A DNA stretch of 53,126 nt, filler included, from Dimargaris cristalligena (lineage: Eukaryota), in NCBI GenBank assembly GCA_003614675.1. It is 2 parts of 2 records of this genome, joined end to end, with 100 filler letters (N's around TTAATTAATTAA, not from the genome) between each part and the next. Parts side by side here need not be neighbours in the genome. Positions count along the whole stretch, not along the records: positions 26,625 to 53,126 come from ML002539.1; 1 more part is not named here. One strand, given 5' to 3'. The notes beneath the pieces are model-generated. The model was not told the DNA's origin. It made no database searches and saw nothing but the letters and a program-made list of their open reading frames with translations. Shown one piece after another: positions 38,005 through 49,394 of the stretch (positions within the stretch are counted from its first letter, which is position 1; each line of letters begins with the position of its first letter). A program made the translations under genes and the position numbers.

Positions 38005-41000
38005 ATAGGCTGGTGAGTAACTGTTGGGGGGCCCATAAGGGAATTGGAAAAGAGGGGGAAAATAAAAAATAATACAGAGGATAAATAAAATAGGACGAGA
38101 GCGAACAATAGTCAAAGAAGTTGGTATGACCAGCGGAGGACAGGTATAATTAGTAAATTGAATAGAAAGAGGAAGAAGAGAGGACCAAGAATGAAAAGAT
38201 AATTGGGGAAAGCGACAGAGAAGAGGGAGCAGGGTGTTTCGTTGAACAAGCGATTATTATTAGGCGGCAATAGGCCGAAGGAGAGGGGAAATCGATGTCG
38301 TGATGGTAGAGGGATGGATTATACGTGGGGGAGCGGGCGGAAGAGGGAGATACGGAGATGAAAGAGACGAGGACGGATATGTATATAGACAAGATTGGTT
38401 AGTCAATGGTTAGGGGGAGGAGTATGAACGGGCGACAGAATGGACAGGTCACTCAGTACGGAGAATAGTTCGACAGGTATTGCGTGTAAATGTACAGAGG
38501 AAATTTGGAACAGGGGCAAAAGAGAGTAAAGGGTGAAGGAAAGCTGCGGACTGGTTTTCTGAGGGGCAAACTATCACTCAAGAGGTCGCTTTAGGAATAC
38601 AGCCGAGGACAGGTGTATATATGAGAGCAGTAAAAAGTGCCGACGGGGGGAGTGGGCGGCGAATGTGACAATATATAGAAAAGCGAGGGCCCAAGCCAGA
38701 CATGGTGAAAGAGGTGAAGGGGGGAGTCCATTACTATGGTAAGGTACTGCTGCTACTATTACTAACACCAGCCTCCCCGGAACCCTTATAAGCCATCACG
38801 ATATAGAAGGCTCAAAACAGAGACCCGCCACGGGGGAAAACTGGGCAGCCAATTAGGAGAGCCACCCGCAATACAGCAGCGCGGCTCACCGCGATGGACA
38901 AAGGCGATATGCAAGTGTCAACAGAGCCACAGTGGCCAGGACTAAGGAACAATAATAATGCCGGGGGGGTAGGCTCACACGCGGAGGGAAAGAGAGGGCA
39001 GGAGATTGAATAACGGAATGCCAAAACCTCGGCGTTTGATTGGGGAAATGGTGTCAAGGTGGGGGAGAATAAGCCTATCTTCCACCAACTGCATGGCAAT
39101 ATGATTTGCTGGAGGGGGGAGGAGAACAGTGGAGGTAAGTCCACAGATTAAAATAAGCCCCCCCCCCTTGGCTACTCATTTATGAATTCCGCGATAACAG
39201 GGTAAACCCCGCACCTCTACTTCATTTGTACCCAAACGACGGGTTCCGACTACCCTCTAAGTCCCCTTACACACCCACACACTCGAGGACATGCGGGGCC
39301 TATTCACCGCTCCTGCGTAGCCTACTCCCGAAACGGTCGATGGTTTCGCCTGGAGCCACCCCCCTTAGTAGGTCTTATCGATGTAGTATGGAAAGTTGAG
39401 CCAGCCATGGCAATATAAAAAGAATAATAATAATATTATTATTAAATAAATAAATGCAAACGGAAAACCCACCGCTGGCCACGGTGGGTCCAACTCGCTT
39501 GGATAACTGCACTTACCTACAGCCGTAGTTAATCGCCAACACTGATCGTGTGCGTAAGGGAATGGGTGGGTGGGGAAGAGAAATGTGACACTGGTTGAAT
39601 GGGCCTAGGTCGCGGGGGTGGGGTCAGAGACTGTGCTGAACGGGCCTTGGGCTGGTGGAAGGTTGCGAACAAAAGGAAGCAGGTATCACCTGTGTGTCCG
39701 GCTCTTCAACCACAGTGGGCTGGGCAGGCCTCTGTAACACAAAGGAAACGTGAGGGATCGGTGAGGAGGTGTAGCCCTTCTTTTGCTGGGAGAACTGAAG
39801 CTGGCCGAGACGTAGCCCAAGTACACGTTTAAGTACAAGCACCGACAACAATGTTATTATAAAAGGAAAGAACAGGAAAATAGATACAATAAATGCTCGA
39901 AAAATGAGCAGAACAAAGAAGCAGAAGGAGTGGACGGACCATCCAGTAAGACTAAAAGGGACAATTTTGGCAGGAAAAACACCCAAGGGAGAAAGATTAG
40001 ACCGGTGGACTACACCACGCGGGAGGCCGATTAGACTGGCGAAGGAGCGGTGTGTGAAAATGCAAAGGGCTGGCTGTATGCACGCAGGCCTAAACTGTCT
40101 ATATGCGGATTGGTTGTTGTTATGCGCACAGTGTGCCTAAGGAACAATGCAGTGTGAAGTCAGGCAACGGGTGGACTTGGCCGTAACAGCTGAGTAGCGA
40201 CTATACTCAGTTAGTCTGTTTGTATGTCTGTAGGAAGGTCTGATCGAACGGTTGGCTACAGAGCAACGGTGTAAAAGGGATAATATAGGGTAAAAAGCGT
40301 GGGGGGACAGTATTTCCGGGTGGTTAACGTAGAAAGCGAATGCAAATCGAGAATAATCCAAAAGGCAACAATAGTTGAAAGAAGAGATAAGAAGACAAGA
40401 CAAGATGGACGTCAGACATCTTCATCTGGGTTTCGATGGAAGCAGCTGGAGGTGCACACCCCACTATACTAAACTGTACTGTATTATACTATATTATGCA
40501 TCGTGGAGGGGCCGTCGCGTCCAGATTGGAGTGAATGGGGGGGGCACTAACTCAACTCAGCTGGTTTCAGATGGCGAACACCAGGCCGGATTCGGACCCT
40601 CGATTTCAGGGGTCACTTTCAGCACAGTCTAATACAGTATTGTATAGGTTGGGTCAATGGGTGGTTTTTAGGCCCGACCGGATATTATCGATCACGCCAA
40701 ACCTTGTCTGACACCGCTGGGTTCAGGAGCGTCGCCCTGCTTTTTTAACTTTCTATTATCTAAGGCTGGTCCATAATGATGGCCCTTCGTCGGCACTAAG
40801 ATCTACCATGGCCTACCTGTATACTGTACTTATATTATTATATATCATTTACCACCCGTGCCCGGTCCCGAATCCTATCACATCTGTAAACACGACAGCG
40901 GTTCGTCATTACATTTAAACCCCAGCGTGATCGTTTGACCAACGGGGGATCAGATCAACACCTGCCGCGCTCTGTTTGATTGGCAAGCAGGAAGTTGCCA

Positions 41001-42058
41001 AGGGAAGGGGGCGGTGGTGGATTTCCACCACCTATTGTGGCCCCGTAACTTGATGAGAACCCTCCCAAGTTTCACGCCGCTTGGTCTTTGTTAATGATTG
41101 TGATGACGGGGTTGGTGGAAATTAGGCAAGCACCGCAGAACGCTTCCTTTCCCCCATCCCGTGTGGATCCTTTTCTCTTCCAGATATTGGGTTTCAACTT
41201 TCGGGTGGGTCAGTTACCACCCAAATGATAATATTGTGCAGCAGGAGCGGTGTGCGCTGTCCCGCGAATGGGCCATAAATAGAGGCGGGTGTTCATCAGT
41301 GCTATTATTAGGTTTCATCGACCCTTATACTACTCCTACTACTATTAATAATAGTATTAATATGAATAATAACCCCCTGAAGACAATAGTGCGCGTGATA
41401 TTCACACTCTGTCTGTGGAATGGTAAATACGGCCCATTCCAGGGACCGCTAGCATGGCCAAGCAAGTAATGCTTCGTTGTACACCCCTCTAACCCTGCCC
41501 TTTCATACCACAATACAGTAGCTGGATTTAACAGGGATACGTAGGAGCAGGCTGCTTCTAGTTCTAGAAGAGCCACACTGGATTCCGGAAAACTAAACTC
41601 CGAAGACCATTTATTCCCTTGGACCCATTAGGACAATGGACCTGTTAGCTCGCAAGCGCTTACCTTATCGGATTGCCCAGCCGTGTTCCCATGAGCTCAC
41701 TACTACCACTACTACTGCTACTATTGGCTTGGCGTGCCTTTTTCTATTGACAACGGTGTTCGACAGGGGGTTGATTGACTAGCCGGCGGTTTCAGTAGCT
41801 AAACTCTCCAAGGTCGTCATCATCACGAAAGGCTCTGCATAAATCTGATGTCATTCTTCAAGACTCGACTAGTAACTCCGAATACACTGTGTCTCGGCAT
41901 AGGTGTTGGTTATTCTCCCTTAGCATCATCTCTCCACTCTCGTTTACTTCCCCTTTCAACCCAGCTTATCATTCATAGCTACGGAGGCTGGCTGGTTGTC
42001 CTGCCACTCTCTTTATTTACTGTTGTTCGCTGTGGTTTCACCTGCCCATATCGACGAC

Positions 42059-45000
42059 ATGGGCTATTTTGATTATACCATTCGTCACACCGTAGGCAAA
42101 GGCGGCCGTGGTACGGTGTACCTGGCCGAGCGTATCCGCCGTCGCCCTGATTCCAGCCCCATCGATATGAATGCTCCCCTCTCGCCACCCCCGCTGTGCG
42201 CCATTAAACGCATGGCCCATCGACCCAACAATCATACTTCACTGACTCGCTCCCCCTGCGCCAATGGCCAACTTTGGCTGAACGAGGCTCGGATGCTCAA
42301 AATCCTCCATCACCCACACATTATTCGGCTCCATGAATCCTTTCAAACCCCTCGTTTCTACTATTTAGTCACCGAGTATGCTGAAGGAGGTAAGCGCCAA
42401 GAGGAGGAGGAGAAGAAGAAGAAGAAGAAGAATGGCCGGTTGGATCAGGGACAATATCTCATTTAAAATAATTTTACTATCGCTAGTACCACTATCGTAG
42501 AAATGATGTGGTGACTAGCCGCAATTTAATTTAGATGAGTGGCTGTGGATTAAGGGCTAGCCTCACCAGCTTGGGCCGTAGCCCAGCAGTAGTAGTAGTA
42601 GTTCCCTCCTCTTTTTTCCAAATCCCTTGTTATTATAGCCCCTGAATTAATTTCACCCTTACTTGGCCAGCATCGAAGGTCGCAAGGTTTAACCACCGAT
42701 GGCCACGTTCAAATTGGCCTGGGGCGCACGTTCGGCCGGACCTAAAAATAGCGTCATCGCCGTGTTGGCCGTTTTCAATCAACCATCCCGAATTCGCAAG
42801 GAAATTCCTATTACCCTACTCTCTCTCTCTCTCTCTAATTCGATAAAACAGGGTGGTAAGGTGACTGGGTACGCCTTCACTTACTTTAATTACCATCTCC
42901 GTTTATTACTATATTGACTCTACGAAAAGGCGATTTCGGCGCCCTTATCGACAATTGCCCCGACCGCCCCTTTAGCGAATCTAGAATCGTCGAATGGGCT
43001 AACCAACTTACAAGTGCCTTGTCTTACCTCCACGCATTAGCCATAATTCACCGAGGTAGGTACTGAGAGGAGAGCTCTTTCTCTCTCTCTCTCTCCAACT
43101 CAGCCTTATAAAAGAATTAATAGGCCAAGTCGCCTGCAAACCCCACTACTTTGGAGGCTACCGGAATCGGCCCATCATTTATTTTTTTTTAAAAATAATC
43201 TATTATCCCCCCTAACCGTGTCGCGCTATATATTTGAGAGGATAGATGGATTGTGGTCGCACGTTCCGGGATTCCAATTTGAACACCCCCCCATTTTGAA
43301 CTGCTTTACCCCAATGTCACCCCACTACTCTCCCCCACTCCCCTTATCTACCGCACCTACTTACCACCTAGATATTACTCCTCGCAATATACTTTGGCAG
43401 CCGAAGTGTAGCCGACTTCTTTTGTCCGATTTTGACCTCGCCGTCCAGCTGTCCAATTCAACAGCGCCGTATTATCTGGATAAAGCCCTAGTGGGTAAAT
43501 ACATACTTTCGCTACAAACTGCTATATATAGCAGCCGTGTCGTAAATGGTGCAACACTATTTATCCTTGCCGGAACCATTGGTGCTTTTACAAGGTCCAG
43601 GCTCAACTATTCGAATAATCTGGACAGCTTACTAATCACTACTAGGTGGACGGCTATACCTATCCATTCAATTACCCCATCCCCCTGACCTATTTTCCCC
43701 TTCAAATTCCCCCAGGTACACCCAACTATATGAGTCCGGAAATCTACCGTGAGCGAAAATATCCTCAACAGCATACCCCGCTTCGTGTTTTAATCGGCCC
43801 GATAGAATGGCTTCTGTGGATAGCACTAGTCTACGTGCACCCAGCGTTAGGCAGCCAGTGACTTCCCTCATGTATTTAATTGTTTGGAACTTTCTCACTC
43901 CAAGTGTGTCTTTAACTCTACCCATATAAGCCCCTCTACCTGTACCTCTATGTAACTACCTACTGTATCCCCCATATATTCCCCGGCCATACTTGATTTT
44001 TAAACACATACAGCCCAGCTAGTGACATTTGGGCGCTCGGCTGTTTTCTGGTAAGTCACCCAAGGATTGCATATCCAATATACGGCCCAGGCAAGAGCAG
44101 TAGGAGGGGGGTGTGGATATATTGCATTAGTAGGGTAATCATTTGTCCGTGCTTGAACTAAGAGTGATTCAATTTACTCTATTGGATTATTATTATTACC
44201 TCTATCCACGCACCCATGACCGGCATCCGGGAAAGTTTGAATTAATTGAGCTGCGCATCGCCTTCGTCGCATCGACCACGGCCGTTTTGGCCAATAACAT
44301 CCAGGTCCAGCCACTACCCCGAATAGTAAGGTAATCGAAATTCCGGCTTATATAAAGTATTCATGGTATATCCCCGATCGACTAGCCGAATGACTAGGAT
44401 CGACCCTTGCTCATCGGCAGTCGCTCGCCATTCCCGACCATCACAGAAGAAGACCGTCTTCTCTTTCAAAGTGCTCCTTCGCTCTACCAAAAACCAAAAA
44501 AAAACCCCCAAAAAAACACAGCAGAGGTAAAATAATCTGGCATAAGCCCTGCTTAGCTATATAGGGGGTTGAATAAAACATTGGTGGTAAAATAGGCAGC
44601 ATTTTTTTTAAATAATAATATATATCCAGTAAACCTCCCCTCCAAAAATACTACTGTTTGCTATGCAGTTGCTGTGAAGGAGTCCCACTTAATTAGCTTA
44701 AACCGGTTATTTGAATACGTGCCTTTTCAGTTGCATAAATACATAATATGTACATATATATCTGCGTTATTGTGCTTGATTGAACAGGCCCGTAGCATCA
44801 TCCTTGGCCCAACTAGTCCACCGAACTTTGGAGCGCCAACCCCTAAATCGGATTACCCTTCAGGCCATTCGTGAGTCTTTGACCCCACAACAGCAACAAC
44901 ATCACTACCACCACCTTGGTAGAAACCGACCAACTAGCCCTTCCATTCAAGATGGGTCGCCGTGGGCCATGACCCAACATCGACAAGGGTCTTTACACCA

Positions 45001-45202
45001 CGGGCCGGGGCAGTGGTCCAGGTCGGCGGACACTCAGACGGGGCAGGATTTTGGCCGTCCCTCTGCGCTGACTTACCGGCCCCATAGTCGACCGAAGGCT
45101 CTACCCTCATGGTCACCCGGTAGGTGTCAAATAGACCGACATAGTAATATAATATTGATATATATATATATTCTTGTGGTAGCAGATATCATACTCTTTT
45201 AA
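42059..45202 (+). CDS. NEK/NIMA-like Ser/Thr protein kinase, seven exons (42059-42389, 42930-43055, 43372-43494, 43716-43758, 44008-44050, 44236-44330, 44788-45202), about 391 aa
   Basis: Spliced product has all subdomains in order: GKGGRG, CAIK, NEARML...HHPHII, TEYAEGGDF, FSESRIVEWANQLTSALSYLH..IIHRDITPRN, LSDFDLA, VGTPNYMSPE, YSPASDIWALGC, FELIELRIAF, LERQPLNRIT. All intron phases are consistent. The 3' end is uncertain (possible extra donor GTAGGT near 45120). Confidence 0.87.
43759..44007 (+). other. U12-type (minor spliceosome) AT-AC intron, 249 nt
   Basis: 5' end ATATCCTC, branch-like TACTTGAT (43990-43997) with its A 11 nt from the 3' end, terminal CAC; removal restores SPEIYRERKYSPASDIWALG in frame. 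Confidence 0.85.
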
Positions 45203-45594
45203 AAGATATACAAAAGCAACGCCTTTAACTGGTATGGCCTGCTTTTACATCCATTGACTCTACAATATATATATATATATTCCATTCAACCCACAATCGA
45301 TAAATTGTCGTAGAATTTCCTTGGATTCATTTAGGCGAACACCCAACTACAACCCACCCACGGCCTAGTTCAACTGAGCGATTAGAAAGCCGTATAGATG
45401 CCCTTACCGCGGCAGTCAACCCTTCTCTATTTGCATTCCTATACCAGTTAGCGCGTCATGGTTGCGCATACCACGTGGCTATGGCGACCTTTCAAAAGGT
45501 GCACGCTAAACATAATCCAGCAAGTGTGGTCAGCCCCGATTGGTGGTCCAAATTGTTAACTCTTAGTAAGTAGGCCGGTATTTAACATACTAAT

Positions 45595-45614
45595 GAGAGA
45601 GAGAGAGAGAGAGA
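45595..45614. repeat. (GA)n microsatellite
   Basis: 10 perfect GA units. Confidence 0.9.
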
Positions 45615-46043
45615 ATAGTCCGTTTAGTGGAAAAGCTAAGTTTTGACTGAATACTCAACGTATGTTCACTACAATGGTGTAGTTATAGGAAGTTGTGGTT
45701 GCGTTTTCATATGGCTGGATTCTAATCAGCGATAATCTTTTTATCTCCGTGTCAATATGCACCAAAATAGTACGCGAAGAGAAAAACGTGTACGGTACAA
45801 TCCGAGTTAATGGTATTGACTGATACCAGCCGGTTTTAGCTATATGTCCCCGCATCCGATTGAGGCTGCTATTAGTTATAATCTTAGTGTCCCTATGTTA
45901 CCGAACCTCGAGGTGATTTCCATATATTGACACGCAATGTTAGCCGTTTATAGGAGTGTGATTAAAGTGCCACGGTGTACCACTGCCAGTTCTCTAAGAT
46001 GATCATTAGCTAACTCACCAACGCCCAGTCAGAACTAAACTGA

Positions 46044-47078
46044 ATATGGGAGAAGTTCATTCAGGCTGTATAATGAAAAATCCATTGGATGAGGCCAATA
46101 TTACTGGTTAAAAGCTATTCTCCCATATATTTGCACATATACGTATTATATAAACCCTTATACAACTGGTTTGAACTTCATCCATATAGTTGATGAGCGG
46201 TGGGTGTTTGCTTCCTACCTAGTTCTAGTGGTCAATATTAAAAGTCTGACACATACGAGAGTTTATTTGCGATTTATCTCTAATGAGGGTGGAAAAAGGG
46301 AAAAAAAGGAGAAGGATGGTAATCTGCATTAGTTTAATAGATATTGTATTATATTCGGTCGATCATCAGAAACAGCCTTCATGCACTGCGTGAGAGGAGC
46401 ATTACAGGAAATGAAATAGTCGGCGACTATCTGTAGGAAATATAAAATAAGAAACTGTTACGTGTATAGCGATACGAGATAATTTATAAATAATAATAAT
46501 TATGAGCAAGAGAAAAGGAAACCTCCTGGAATCATTAGATGGAGCGGAGGTGCTAGTATATAGTAAAAACGGTATCCCCAGGATGTTACCGTTGGGGATA
46601 TTGGCTTATTCATCATAATACCGAAAAGGAATGATTTGCACTTTACAAAACAGACAAGCCTGGCATTGCGTCGCTGGATAATCCCCCTTGGGTTTTTACA
46701 GATTGTATAATGTCGGAGAATAGGGTACCCCCCAGCTTAAGCCCCATCACCACTCCTTTTACTTCCCTGCTTCCGCTGTCTACATCATTAAATGGTAATC
46801 TACAGTTAATAGAACAGATTGAAGGGAGTTCCTTAATCAATTAGCGACATTTCCCACTTTATATTCACTGATGTTTTTATTTATCTTGGGAATTCTATTC
46901 AGAGTACACCCCCTACCATGTATTACACATTAGCATATGGGTGAAATTCAAACCAGCTGTATAAGGGTTTACATAATGCGTGCATGGGTGAATATATGGA
47001 AGAATAGCTTTTAACCAGTAATCTTGGTCTCATCCAATGGATTTTTCATTATACAGCCTGATTGAACTTCTCTCATAT
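46044..47078. mobile_element. Non-autonomous DNA transposon (MITE-like) with about 144-bp imperfect terminal inverted repeats
   Basis: 46044-46187 is the near reverse complement of 46935-47078 (e.g. tcaggctgtataatgaaaaatccattggatgag / ctcatccaatggatttttcattatacagcctga); the AT-rich interior has no transposase ORF. Confidence 0.8.
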
Positions 47079-49394
47079 CTAAAATTTAATAGCTATGTGG
47101 CCTGTAATCTAGAAGTGCCCCTTAAAATCCACTTGGTGACCTACAGCCCAAAGCTACTAGTCCACTTCGCCATATATAGTCGAGCATACAGTTATCCCTC
47201 ACTCCTTAATTAATCAGTCGTTTACTTCAATTTCCCCGTTCCTTGTTAACCCATTGCTTAATAGATATCAGTAACCCTGTTTTTGCCATCTTATTTAGAG
47301 CACCTCCCTTCCTTATATTGGGACTCAGTAAGTATACTATGTCTAGACAGGGGAAAATCCCGGAAATGACTGGAATACCCTACATGATCCGACACTTGTT
47401 GGGATACTGACGCCCTATTATATTCTGTCCGCCGTTCCATTGTCAGTGCCGCCCACTTCACTGGGGAGACTATAGGCATAACCATGAAGTATGCCCTCTG
47501 GTAGTCTCTTTAATTTCCTAAATTGAAAGATTTGCAGCTCCCTTAAGGTCCAGTTACCTTTTTTCCTTTCGTGCCTTTTCATATATATATATTTTTCATG
47601 GGGGATCCTAGTATAACGTATGGTCGACGATTGCTGTATATCTGGATCAGAGGGAGGATTTTTTTTATAGGTTTACACGATTAGTTAATAGTTTATGAAC
47701 CGTATTTACGATATCAGTTCCCGTTTTTAGCAGGGGAGATTTATCGCTGTCCGTGACGTACATTCGCCACCAGATTAAACATTGGCCCAACCTGGTTGAT
47801 ACCACTTTGTTTGTTTACTCGCTTTCCAACTGACGGCAAAACCCCGGTGGTTTCGTCCATTCACCGATTCCTAGCGCTGCGGCAATTCGTAATTGAATTT
47901 GCCATACTTAACCTTTCGGTCTCTATCGCTTACTCGCTACGATTTGCCATTAGTCTTGCACTCGCTGGCGCTGTATAAATACCGCCATATTTTCCATTCT
48001 CCTAATAAAGCAGACCATTTGATGTCAGCATTTCCAGGAAAACGAGTTCCTGCTTTGCGTAGTCTTTTAGTGTTTAAGTGTCATCCCGAGTATTATTTAG
48101 TGTCTTACGAGTATTGTCTGAGTATCAGTGTTTTCCGAGCATATTTATTACCGGGTATTTATTAGTATATCCCAACATCATTGATGACAGGAAACCCTTC
48201 TGCCCTCAGTATCCTGTCCCTCGCGAACTCCCCACAACAACCCCATACCCCCACCACCCCAAAGGTGATATATGTATCAGTTTAAAATATTATTTTTTAT
48301 TAAAACATGGGGAACCCGGGTTTCCGAGTAATAGGCTCGGTTTTATACCCCCGGTTCGTTTTCGTGTTCGAGCGGGTCGGTAAACCTGTTCGTTCGGTGC
48401 TTGACGGGATATCCTGGGATGATGGGTCGCGTGGCCTGTTCGGTTTCACGGGTGTTCCCCATACTTAGCTGTTCCACTAAGCCATCCGCCTACGCGGTAT
48501 ACCCCATTCTATCAATACTTTGATGTCATTTTCCTTTGTTGCTTTATTGTAATCAGCCTTTTTTCCACCTACTGTATTACTATGCCTGTAATGCATAGCA
48601 GCCATGCAAGTAGTATACCAATAAAGGTCTGTTGATAAGATGTTAAGGAGAGCCATGCTTCTTCTGTGATGATTGGGATAGGCAGACATGGGTATTCAAA
48701 ACGAGTATTTCTAGAATCTCAGTGACTCATAGATTACTTGATATTCGACTGCTATTGTAGGAATGGCCCTCAAATACCGGTACTAGCGTGAAAATATGCA
48801 CCTCATTATTCGGAACGTGCTGTCGCCAACTCTTCCAACTATGTCATCTGAGGCTACCATCTCTAGCAACTGGTTGCCAAGCAGATGCCTCATCCTGACT
48901 AGTCTAACAATGGCTTACCTCCGAGTCAGATTCAGAACAGGGGGGTAGGTATTTAATATCCACAGCATATGCAGGAGAGTACTGGACAGCATAACTGTTA
49001 GGCATGCAAAGTAATAATTGCAGGATGAGCTGTCCCAATGCATAAGCAAAATACGTGGCTAATTAGCCTTGCGACCAGGGCATCGTGTCAACCGTTGTAA
49101 GAGAATAGGTATATCGGTCCGCCGGACCATGAATGTTCCAGTTAACCCGGCCACGAGGATCCAAGGGAATTGGACTCAGGTAGTTTCCCAAACGACAACC
49201 TCATCGTGTTCCTAGTTGGGTATAAATAGTGGCAATAGAACCATCGGCATAGGCAAGATCCGTAAATCAACCCCCTATTCTCTGCCCTCAGAGTCTCTAA
49301 TGCTTAAGTAGTATCTTACATTTTTGTCCATCGCTAGTATTCACCACCACCCAATTCATTTAGTTACTGTTACCCCGGTCTCGATTTATCCACC

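Noticed and set aside
43749-44018. Conventional GT-AG alternative for kinase intron 4 (GTGAGC ... CCCAG)
   Set aside because: In frame, but it deletes seven residues between the SPE motif and helix F (EIYP-SDIW); the AT-AC intron gives normal spacing and a U12 consensus.
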